From Polyangiaceae bacterium (GTDB lineage: Bacteria > Myxococcota_A > Polyangia > Polyangiales > Polyangiaceae): a stretch of 25,206 nucleotides of DNA. The stretch lies in NCBI GenBank assembly GCA_044222475.1, contig JBGANF010000116.1, forward strand, positions 1-25,206. Reading direction: 5' to 3'. Every line of letters starts with the position of its first letter. Position 1 is the stretch's first letter. Of the stretch, positions 17,860 to 25,206 are shown piece after piece. The notes under the pieces were generated by a model. The model was not told where the DNA came from. It was given only the letters and a program-made list of their open reading frames with translations, and did no database searches. A program made the position numbers and the translations under genes.

Positions 17860-18630
17860 CTACGAGATCGACGCCACCACCGACCGCGGGATCGACGCGT
17901 TCGGGTGCGGTTCGCCGTTCAACCACCGACGCCAGAGGTCGTCGTAGGGGACCTCGACGAATCGATCGAACCCGGCCGCCGCCGTCAGCTTCGCCGCCGT
18001 GTCCGGCGCAAACGCTTCGGCGGCGTACTCGAACGTCAGCCGCGATCGCGATCCACCGGCGTTCGCCATGAACGCCAGCGTGCGATCGACCGCAGCGCGA
18101 TCGATGTACGCGATGACGCCCTCCCACACGAAGAGCGCACCGCCGCCCAGCCGAAAGCCGCTCGCCGCCAAATCGCTCCGCAGCGACGCAGCGAAGTCCG
18201 GGTTCATGAAATCGCACGCGACGTACGCGACGTGCGACGGCGCCTTCACGCCCGCCGCCTCCAGGAGAGCCCGCTTGCGCTCGAGCACCACCGGGAAGTC
18301 CACCTCGTAGACACGCGCGCCGCGCGCCGCGATCTCGCCGAGTCGGAGCGCTCGCGCGTCGAACCCCGCGCCCATGAGCACGACCTGATCGATCCCGGCC
18401 GCGAGGCCCTCGCGTACGAAGTCGTCGTTGAAGCGAGTGCGCAGGCGGATTGCGTCGAGGAAGAAAGGCAGACCGAGGAACCGCTTCGTCCCCTCCGCCG
18501 CGTCGGCGTCGGCCCCGGCGGCGAAGATCTTCCCGTAGGGATCGTCGAACAGCCGCTCGCCCTCGGGCCGCTCGCTCTCCATCGCGCGCGCGGCGGCGAT
18601 TGCATACGCGGTCAGTGAGACGGTCTGCAT
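17860..18630 (-). CDS. SAM-dependent methyltransferase, leucine carboxyl methyltransferase (LCM)-like family
   Basis: TAYAIAAARA, LFDDPY, RTRFNDD, QVVLMGAGFDAR, YEVDFP, ACDF, WEGVIAY. Confidence 0.92.
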   Translation of the reverse strand: MQTVSLTAYAIAAARAMESERPEGERLFDDPYGKIFAAGADADAAEGTKRFLGLPFFLDAIRLRTRFNDDFVREGLAAGIDQVVLMGAGFDARALRLGEIAARGARVYEVDFPVVLERKRALLEAAGVKAPSHVAYVACDFMNPDFAASLRSDLAASGFRLGGGALFVWEGVIAYIDRAAVDRTLAFMANAGGSRSRLTFEYAAEAFAPDTAAKLTAAAGFDRFVEVPYDDLWRRWLNGEPHPNASIPRSVVASIS

Positions 18631-18640
18631 GTTTCGCGGC

Positions 18641-19219
18641 TCACAACGTGAACGCGAACGCCTTCTTGTCGTCGCGCTTCTCGAGCGTCAGGTCCGCGCC
18701 GTACGTCTGCCGCCCGACGCGAGCCCCGAAGCGAACGTTCACCGGCAGCGAGGCGCCCTTCGTGTCGGTCAGGATGATCTCGACCGTGTACTTGCCCCGC
18801 GGCGGCTCGGTGCCGTCGAAGAGGGCGTTCTCGACGTTCTGCCCGAAGCAGTTGTCGCGCGGGCAGTCTCGGTCGACGCGCAACCCATCCGCCTGGGTCG
18901 GCCTTTGGGGATCCACGGTCGCGCCCGTCGGATCGGTGACGCGCAGGTCGACGTTTGCCGGGCTGTCCCCCCACGCGATCGTGAACTGCAGCGGCCCGGT
19001 CCCGAGCCCGCACCCTTCGTCGATGACGCCGTTGCAGTTGTCGTCGGTGGCGTTGAAGCAGATCTCCGGACCGCTCGGCGTGCACGCCGACACCAGCGTG
19101 ACCCCGACCGGAGCCTCGATCTGAGAGGGCGCGATGTTGGCGCCGTTCGGCGAAGCCGCCGGCACGCACGCGTAGACAGCGAGCGCGCCGGCGAGACTCG
19201 TCCAGAGGGCCTTCTTCAC
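18641..19219 (-). CDS. Lipoprotein with a Cys/Asp putative metal-binding motif and a YfaP/DUF2135-like domain
   Basis: GTG overlaps the upstream stop (GTGA 19219-19216); signal ends VYAC; EICFNATDDNCNGVIDEGC; LQFTIAW..NVDLRVTDPTG..VDRDC..EN..PPRGKYTV. Confidence 0.8.
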   Translation of the reverse strand: MKKALWTSLAGALAVYACVPAASPNGANIAPSQIEAPVGVTLVSACTPSGPEICFNATDDNCNGVIDEGCGLGTGPLQFTIAWGDSPANVDLRVTDPTGATVDPQRPTQADGLRVDRDCPRDNCFGQNVENALFDGTEPPRGKYTVEIILTDTKGASLPVNVRFGARVGRQTYGADLTLEKRDDKKAFAFTL

Positions 19220-21921
19220 TTCTTCGGCGGAACGACGTTCCCGCCCGTGGGCGCCGCGCTCCCGACCGCGTCGGGGATCTTCTGGTCGGCCATCTTCGGG
19301 TGCATGACCTCGAAGAACGCCGCGCGGGCCATGTCGCCGAGGGGCGCCGGCTCGTTGCGGAGCGCCATGAGCACGCCCTTCTCGTTCATGAACTTGAGGA
19401 TCGCGACGGCATCGGCGCGCTTCTTCGCGTCGCCGCCCTTCGCGTCCCCGATGAGACGAACCCGGAACTGCACGCGGGTGATCGAGTGCGGACCGTTGTC
19501 GTACTCGATGCCCTGGATGGCGCGCTGGAGGATGATGCGCGGCCAGTCCTGGAGCACGTCGCGGACCTTGACGAAGCGGCACGCCTCGGCGTTCTGAATC
19601 CAACGAGCGACGTCCCCGTTCTCGTAGTTCTTGTCGCTCCAGTAGCCGAAGGAGCGGTTGTACGTGTCCTTCAGCTCTTCCATCGACTCGGCCGGAGCGT
19701 CGTTGTAGTGCGCGAGGGCGCGGGCCGTCGTGTCGCTGTCGGCGCCGATGAGGATGGCGAGCATCGCGTCGTTGCGGAGCGCGTTGTCCTTCAGCATGTC
19801 GAAGAGCTTCGTCACCGTCGCCGGCTCGAGGCCGCCGAAGCCGATGGCGCGCGCCGCCTGGTGGTTCACCAGCGGGTCGTTGGTCGCGTTGATGATGTCC
19901 ACGAGACCGCCGGTCGCCGAGGGCACCGGGCGGTGGATCAGCGTCTCGAGGTAGCAGCCCCGGACGACGGTGCTCTTCGGGTCGGGCTTGTTGTAGTCGT
20001 GAACCTTCTTCACGACCTCCTTCATCTGCTCGTCGGTGGCCACCCAGGAGAGGGCGAAGCACGCCTCGTAGCGCGACTGCTCGTTGTTGAGCGGCTCCTC
20101 GATGTACTTCGTGAGGATCGGGTACGCCTTCGGATCGCCGAACTGGGCGAAGCCGTCGGACGCGCCGACCTCGAGCGCGCGGAGCACCATGCCGAGGACC
20201 GAGAGACCGCCCTGGAGGAGGGAGTCCATCGTGGCGTCGACCTTGGGCGGGCGGCGGTTGATCTGCTTCTGGAGCGTGTCCCAACCCGCCGGGTCCTTGG
20301 TCCAACCGAGGTAGCGGAGCGAGCTCTGCGCGGTGGCCCACTCGGCCGGGAAGTCCTGCTGTCCCTCTTTGGGAAGGTTCAAGCTCGGGTCGGCCCACTT
20401 GCGGAGCTGCGGGAGGAACTTCTGCGAGCCGGCCGCCGCGAGGAAGCGCAGCGCGTTCGCGTGCGGCTGCGGGTGCTCGGTCGCCCAACCGATGGCAGCG
20501 ACTTCGGCGTCGCCGAGGAGCTGCGGGCGCTTGTCGGGGTAGAGCACCGCGAGGTCGGCCAGCATGCGCGCCGACACGACGCGCTCGTTGTCGTCGTACT
20601 GGTAGAGGAGGTACGGGTTGTCCTCGTCCTTCTTCTTGTCGCCGGTCTTGGGGTAGAGCTTGACCGGGTCCTGCGTGAGGCGCCACGCGAGGTGCGGAGC
20701 GGCTCGAACGTCGCCAATCTCGGCGAGGCGGAGCGCGGCCTCGGTGCGCCAGTGCGGCAGCGGGTTCGTGTCCAGGTACTTCACGAGGGCGTCGCCGCCG
20801 CGCGGGTCTTCGAGGCCTTGGATCATCTCGAAGATCTGCTTCGTCTGGAAGTACTCGTGGCCGACCTGGATGCTCTTGAGCGCCAGGATGAGGCCCTGCG
20901 CGCCGACGCCGTCGCGGAGCGCTTCGAGGAAGTTCTGGCGCGAGTCCTTGTCGGCCTTGCTGAGCGCGGCCAAGAGCGGGCCGATCGTCGACTCGTTGGC
21001 GATCTTGCCGAGGCCGACCGCCGCCTGACGGGCGACGGAGATCTTCGGATCCTGCACGAGCTTGACGAGCGTGTCGGTCCACTTCGCGTCGGCCGTGTTC
21101 GAGAGGATCGTCGCGACGAGCTCGCGGACGGACTCGTTCTCGTCGCCGGAGTAGCTCGCGAGCTTGTCGAGCGTGACCGTGTTCGCGAGGACTTCGGGGT
21201 TGAACGCCGGGTAGCCGTCGAGCTTCTGGAGGCTACCGAGGTTGCCGGTGCGGTACTCCGCGAGGATCGCGTCGAACGCCGCCGACTCCTTGAGGACGGC
21301 GAGCGCCCAGCAGATCTGCGGCTTGTCGGTGCTGTCGGCCTCCTTGAGGATCTCGAGGAGCTTCGGCTTCGCCGCATCGGCCTTGGGCGAGCCGTACTCG
21401 AAGATCGCCGTCGCGGCGGTGCCGCGGATGCGGTGATCGTGCGAGCCGAGGCCGTGCTCGATGATGAGCTTCAGACCTTCGTCGTCCTTGGCCCACGCGA
21501 GGTTCGCGAACGCGTCCTGCTGGAGCGCGGGCACGTCGTCGCGCTTGGCCCACTCGCGCCACTTCGGGAGCTGGTCGGCCTTGGGAAGGACCGCGATCGC
21601 CTTTCGCTCGGCGGCGATCTGATCGACGGTCATCTTCTCGGTCTCGCCCTTCACCGCGAAGATCGCGAGGATCACGCCGGCGATGACGATGAGGAGCCCG
21701 ATGACGATCAGGATCGGCTTGGTCGCGCCCTTCTTGAAGTTGCCGTCGTCCCCGTAGCCGCCCCCGCCGTACGGGTTGATCGGCCCGGTCGGGCCGGGCG
21801 GAAGGTCTGCGTCGTCGGGCGGGAACTTCGCCGCGTGCTTCTTCCTCTTCGGCGGAGCGATGGGAAGCTTCGGCGGATTCTTCTTCGACGGAACAGGATC
21901 GATGGACGGCTGCTCGAGCAT
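19216..21921 (-). CDS. Single-pass membrane HEAT-repeat (alpha-solenoid) protein
   Basis: Pro/Lys-rich N-tail, one TM (ILIVIGLLIVIAGVILAIFAV), then HEAT-like units (HRIRGTAATAI, ESVRELVATIL, VARQAAVGLGKI, WRTEAALRLAEIGD, RYEACFALSW, NHQAARAIG); SD-like GAGGGA before ATG 21921. Confidence 0.85.
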   Translation of the reverse strand: MLEQPSIDPVPSKKNPPKLPIAPPKRKKHAAKFPPDDADLPPGPTGPINPYGGGGYGDDGNFKKGATKPILIVIGLLIVIAGVILAIFAVKGETEKMTVDQIAAERKAIAVLPKADQLPKWREWAKRDDVPALQQDAFANLAWAKDDEGLKLIIEHGLGSHDHRIRGTAATAIFEYGSPKADAAKPKLLEILKEADSTDKPQICWALAVLKESAAFDAILAEYRTGNLGSLQKLDGYPAFNPEVLANTVTLDKLASYSGDENESVRELVATILSNTADAKWTDTLVKLVQDPKISVARQAAVGLGKIANESTIGPLLAALSKADKDSRQNFLEALRDGVGAQGLILALKSIQVGHEYFQTKQIFEMIQGLEDPRGGDALVKYLDTNPLPHWRTEAALRLAEIGDVRAAPHLAWRLTQDPVKLYPKTGDKKKDEDNPYLLYQYDDNERVVSARMLADLAVLYPDKRPQLLGDAEVAAIGWATEHPQPHANALRFLAAAGSQKFLPQLRKWADPSLNLPKEGQQDFPAEWATAQSSLRYLGWTKDPAGWDTLQKQINRRPPKVDATMDSLLQGGLSVLGMVLRALEVGASDGFAQFGDPKAYPILTKYIEEPLNNEQSRYEACFALSWVATDEQMKEVVKKVHDYNKPDPKSTVVRGCYLETLIHRPVPSATGGLVDIINATNDPLVNHQAARAIGFGGLEPATVTKLFDMLKDNALRNDAMLAILIGADSDTTARALAHYNDAPAESMEELKDTYNRSFGYWSDKNYENGDVARWIQNAEACRFVKVRDVLQDWPRIILQRAIQGIEYDNGPHSITRVQFRVRLIGDAKGGDAKKRADAVAILKFMNEKGVLMALRNEPAPLGDMARAAFFEVMHPKMADQKIPDAVGSAAPTGGNVVPPKK

Positions 21922-22057
21922 GGGTCCCTCTGGGCGCTCGTTCCCGGGCGGAAAACGCGGGGAACAGCGACGGGGACGATACCGCAATCGCTCGACCGGA
22001 CACCACCCGAATTCGGCGTGGGGCAGACCCGGCGCTTTTGTCCTTTACACCGTATAT

Positions 22058-22915
22058 TCAGCTCACGGGCACGACCAGGTAGCGCACGCCGTTCGCGTGG
22101 GGCGGCGGAAGCCGGCCGCCATCGATGTTCACCTGCACGCTCGGGTAGAGGAGGCGGGGCGCGGACAGCGTCGCGTCGCGCGACTTGCGCAGCCGCACGA
22201 AGTCTTCCCGCTTGGTCGACGCCCGGAGGTGCACGTTCTTCTCTTTCGATTCGCCGATCGTCGTCACGAAGCGCAGCGCACGCCCGTCGGGCAGGTAGTC
22301 GTGACCGGGGTACACGCGCGTCGCTTCGGGCAGCGCGTACAGCGTCTCGTGGATCGAGTCGTAGAGTGCCTCCGCGCTGCCGGCGGGGAAGTCCGTCCGG
22401 CCCGTTCCGTAGTCCTCGACGAAGAGCGCGTCGCCGGTGAACAGCGCGTCGTCCACGCGGTACGTCATGCAGGCCGGCGTATGACCCGGCGTCGCGATGC
22501 ACTCGACGCGGAGCGATCCCGCGGAGAGGATCTCGCGGTCTTCGAGGAGGCGATCGAACTGGCTGCCGTCGACCGCGAGCTCGGGCCGATCGAAGACGCG
22601 GCGAAAGGTCTCCTGCACCGTCTTCACGCGCTCGCCGATGGCGACCTTCGCGCCGAACCGCTCTTTGAGCCACTGCCCGGCCGACAAGTGATCGGCGTGC
22701 GGGTGGGTCTCGAGCGAGTAGTGCACCCGCAGGCCTTCGCGCTCGATCACGGCGGCGACCTTCTGGATCGACGCGGTGCTCGTCTTGCTCGACCCCGGCT
22801 CGTAGTCGAGCACGGGGTCGATCACGATCGCGTCGCGGGTGGTCGGATCATCGACGAGGTACGTCAGCGTCCAGGTCGTCGGATCGAAGAACTCACGAAT
22901 TCGGGCGGATGACAT
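22058..22915 (-). CDS. MBL-fold persulfide dioxygenase (ETHE1/Blh-like)
   Basis: IDPVLDY, ETHPHADHLS, TPGHTPAC, FTGDALF..GTGRTDFP, YPGHDY, TLSAPRLLYPSVQVN; start MSSARIREFF. Confidence 0.92.
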   Translation of the reverse strand: MSSARIREFFDPTTWTLTYLVDDPTTRDAIVIDPVLDYEPGSSKTSTASIQKVAAVIEREGLRVHYSLETHPHADHLSAGQWLKERFGAKVAIGERVKTVQETFRRVFDRPELAVDGSQFDRLLEDREILSAGSLRVECIATPGHTPACMTYRVDDALFTGDALFVEDYGTGRTDFPAGSAEALYDSIHETLYALPEATRVYPGHDYLPDGRALRFVTTIGESKEKNVHLRASTKREDFVRLRKSRDATLSAPRLLYPSVQVNIDGGRLPPPHANGVRYLVVPVS

Positions 22916-22923
22916 GGCGCACC

Positions 22924-23328
22924 TCAGGGTCGAACCGAGAACTCGGAGCGTAGCGCGTCGTTGGGCACGGCCGGCGTTCGCACGACCGGTCGACCGGCGG
23001 CGTTCCAGCCGCGCATCCCGCCGCGCAGGTTGATGACCCGGCGGAAACCCATCTGGACGAGCTGCCGCGCGGCGAGGGCGGAGCGGGCGCCCGACCGACA
23101 CACGAGGACGATCTGAGCCGTCGGGTTCCACGTCCGCGCCTCGACCGGGATCGTCGAGAGCGGCACGAGGTGTGCTCCGTCGATGTGTCCGAGGTCGCCG
23201 CCGAACTCGTCGACCTCGCGAACGTCGACGACGTGGGCCTCGTCGAGGTGCTCTTCGAGGAGGAGGGGGTCTGCGTCGCGGAAACCGTCCAAGTGTGCGG
23301 CGGACTTGCGAAAGAGGGTGTCGGTCAT
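22924..23328 (-). CDS. Single-domain rhodanese (sulfurtransferase)
   Basis: [15 protein letters not shown], active-site loop [15 protein letters not shown]; stop 8 nt upstream of the dioxygenase start. Confidence 0.93.
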   Translation of the reverse strand: MTDTLFRKSAAHLDGFRDADPLLLEEHLDEAHVVDVREVDEFGGDLGHIDGAHLVPLSTIPVEARTWNPTAQIVLVCRSGARSALAARQLVQMGFRRVINLRGGMRGWNAAGRPVVRTPAVPNDALRSEFSVRP

Positions 23329-23386
23329 GGTGTTCAGTGAATGGGAGCCATCGACTCGCGGGATGGGTTCGCGCTATGGGACGCCG

Positions 23387-23788
23387 GTGCGCACGATCAT
23401 CGTCTCGGCCGCCGTCGTGATCCGCGAGCGCCGCGTGCTGCTCTCGCAGCGCAAAGGCGGGACGCATCTCGAAGGCGCGTGGGAGTTCCCCGGCGGCAAG
23501 GTCGAGCCGGGTGAGGATCCCAAGGCGGCTCTCGTCCGGGAGCTCCAGGAAGAGCTCGGCGTCGACGCCGACGTCGGCGACGTGGTGTGCGTCACGTTCC
23601 ACCGGTACGAAGACGCCGACAAGGCGGTCCTCCTCCTCTTCTACGAGGCCACGCTCCGCCCGAGCTCCCCGGAGCCGGCCGCGATCGACGTCGCCGCGGT
23701 GACCTGGGCCGACGCGAGCTTCCTCGATCCGGCGCGGTTTCCTCCGGCGGACGTCGAGGTGCTGGCGAAGGTCCGCGCGCGATTGTAA
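23387..23788 (+). CDS. NUDIX hydrolase, MutT/NudG-like (d)NTP pyrophosphohydrolase
   Basis: [27 protein letters not shown]udix box and FPPAD; GTG 23387 start preferred over 23183. Confidence 0.93.
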   Translation: MRTIIVSAAVVIRERRVLLSQRKGGTHLEGAWEFPGGKVEPGEDPKAALVRELQEELGVDADVGDVVCVTFHRYEDADKAVLLLFYEATLRPSSPEPAAIDVAAVTWADASFLDPARFPPADVEVLAKVRARL

Positions 23789-23858
23789 GCACAGAACGAA
23801 CAATCGATGTCGGATCGTTCTGATGGTCCCATCATCCAGCCGCTGCTAGACCGAACCC

Positions 23859-24275
23859 ATGCGCATCGCTCTGCTTCCTTCGCTCGCGCTCGTGATCCTC
23901 GTCGCCTGCTCCGACTCGGCCCAACCCACGCCGACGCCCGACGCCGGCGATGACGCGGCGGTCGACGCCGCAGCGGACACCGGCTCGCCCATCGCGGCAA
24001 CCGTGCTCGTGAACAACTACACCTACAAGCCGTCGAAGGTCACGGTGAAGGTCGGCGACACCGTTCGGTGGACGTTCACGAACGGCACCCACTCGGTGAC
24101 GTCGGGATCGAGCTGCACGCTCGACGCGAACCCGGAGCTCGACAGCGGAGAGCACGGCTCGCCGTTCACCTACGAGCACACGTTCACCAAGGCGGGGACC
24201 TACCCGTACTACTGCACCTACATGAAGCACTGCGTGGACTTCGGACAAGTCGGCACGGTGACGGTCACTCCGTAG
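23859..24275 (+). CDS. Cupredoxin (type-1 copper) lipoprotein
   Basis: Lipobox LVAC; YKPSKVTVKVGDTVRW, HSVT, FTKAGTYPYYC..HC...GQVGTVTV. Confidence 0.9.
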   Translation: MRIALLPSLALVILVACSDSAQPTPTPDAGDDAAVDAAADTGSPIAATVLVNNYTYKPSKVTVKVGDTVRWTFTNGTHSVTSGSSCTLDANPELDSGEHGSPFTYEHTFTKAGTYPYYCTYMKHCVDFGQVGTVTVTP

Positions 24276-24279
24276 ACAC

Positions 24280-25206
24280 TCAGTACTTCACCATGAACGC
24301 CACGGTGACGCGATCCTCGCTCGGCCGGAGATCGGGCGACCACCCCGCGACCGCGGAGCCCGGCGCACCCTGGTTGCCGCCGTCGGGCGTGACGCCGCCG
24401 GTGCCGCTGAAGTAGCCGACGTTGGCTGCGCGGTGATTGTACTCTGCACGCAACGTGACGAACTCCGCCGGCATGTAGTCTGCCGTGATCTGCATGTCCC
24501 ACGCCTTGTACGTGTCGCCCGGGTTCGCGGTGAAGTACGGCGTGCCAGAGAACGCCGTCGCGCCGTTGATCGGTGGGATCAGAACGAGATACCGCCCGGG
24601 GTTCGTGATGGCTCCGCCGCCGACGGTGAGCCCGAGCTTGTTCGAGAAGAACCAGAACCGCGTGTACGCCATGAAGCCGAGGAAGAACTGGTTGGCGCAG
24701 GCGACGCCGCCGCCTTCCTCGCAGCCCGCATCGAGCGTGAGCGAAGCCGCCGCGCGGCTGAACGCTGCGCCGGGCTTGTCGTAGTAGCGCACCATGATGC
24801 TGTCGTCGGTGTGGACGCGCTTGCGGTCCGGCGTGTTCAGCGTGTCGGTGCCGAAGTACTGATTTCCGAGAACCGAGAACCACGCGGTGGGACGCCAATT
24901 GACCTGGAGACCCACGCCGGGAGCTTGGTTGAACTTCCCGTACGACTGCCAGCCGTTGACGAACCACGGCTCGATCTTGAGCTTGTCGCTCGGAAAGATC
25001 TGCACGCGCCCGCCGTTGAAGAACCACGGCGTGTTCGACGACACGTACGACGGTTGGTAGGTCCAGTTGTCGAAGTTGTAGTAGCTCCACAACCCGACGT
25101 ACGACATGAAGATGCCCGCCTGGACGTTGATCCCCTTCATCACGTCGAAGTGGTACCCGCCGTACGCTTCCGAGATGTAGCGGTAGGCATCGTCGAGGTT
25201 CCACTG
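24280..25206 (-). CDS. Outer-membrane beta-barrel porin, DUF1597/BBP2-like (5'-partial)
   Basis: Frame is open to the window edge (QWNLDDAYRYISEAYGGYHFDV...); AGIFMSYVG, NTPWFFNG, VNGWQ, LRAEY; C-terminal aromatic VKY. Confidence 0.78.
   Translation of the reverse strand, partial: QWNLDDAYRYISEAYGGYHFDVMKGINVQAGIFMSYVGLWSYYNFDNWTYQPSYVSSNTPWFFNGGRVQIFPSDKLKIEPWFVNGWQSYGKFNQAPGVGLQVNWRPTAWFSVLGNQYFGTDTLNTPDRKRVHTDDSIMVRYYDKPGAAFSRAAASLTLDAGCEEGGGVACANQFFLGFMAYTRFWFFSNKLGLTVGGGAITNPGRYLVLIPPINGATAFSGTPYFTANPGDTYKAWDMQITADYMPAEFVTLRAEYNHRAANVGYFSGTGGVTPDGGNQGAPGSAVAGWSPDLRPSEDRVTVAFMVKY

Noticed and set aside
19220..21082. 813-aa ORF 18641..21082
   Set aside because: The N-terminal part is an alternate frame of the HEAT gene; the real lipoprotein starts at GTG 19219
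22916..23803. 581-aa extension of the MBL-fold ORF
   Set aside because: It overlaps the clear rhodanese and NUDIX genes; family similarity starts at ATG 22915

Overview
High-GC, gene-dense chromosomal window. Its gene content (many lipoproteins with DAG-rich linkers, a DUF1592/DUF1552 pair, a myxobacterial-type ferritin-like lipoprotein and a sigma-54 promoter) suggests Myxococcota, probably Polyangiales; this taxonomy is inferred. I call 22 credible CDSs, mostly on the - strand: a CHASE3 kinase and a REC-kinase, a PrsW-like membrane protein, a yacG/beta-barrel/lipoprotein trio, a FadF/HdrD-like Fe-S oxidoreductase, divergent NmrA and LysR genes, a lipoprotein, an SNF2 ATPase, a ferritin-like lipoprotein, a DUF1592/DUF1552 operon, a HEAT/YfaP-like/methyltransferase cluster, rhodanese plus persulfide dioxygenase, a NUDIX hydrolase, a cupredoxin and a partial porin. 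I saw no RNA genes, mobile elements or CRISPR arrays. The best candidate for an undescribed system is the 14272-17780 unit. It encodes a di-heme c-type cytochrome lipoprotein of the DUF1587/1595/1592/1588/1585 type with a glycogen/starch-binding (CBM48/AMPK-CBM-like) domain inserted between two Cys inside DUF1587. It is translationally coupled to a Tat-exported DUF1552 protein and preceded by a perfect palindromic operator, and it may be an exported alpha-glucan-targeted redox system. Also notable: a stellacyanin/phytocyanin-like Gln-ligated cupredoxin, a PrsW homolog with altered catalytic motifs, a recurring leaderless-promoter signature (TAnnnT-N6-start) and an inverted GGGAGN hexamer array with G-quadruplex potential. 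All domain calls come from motif recognition by eye, not database searches.
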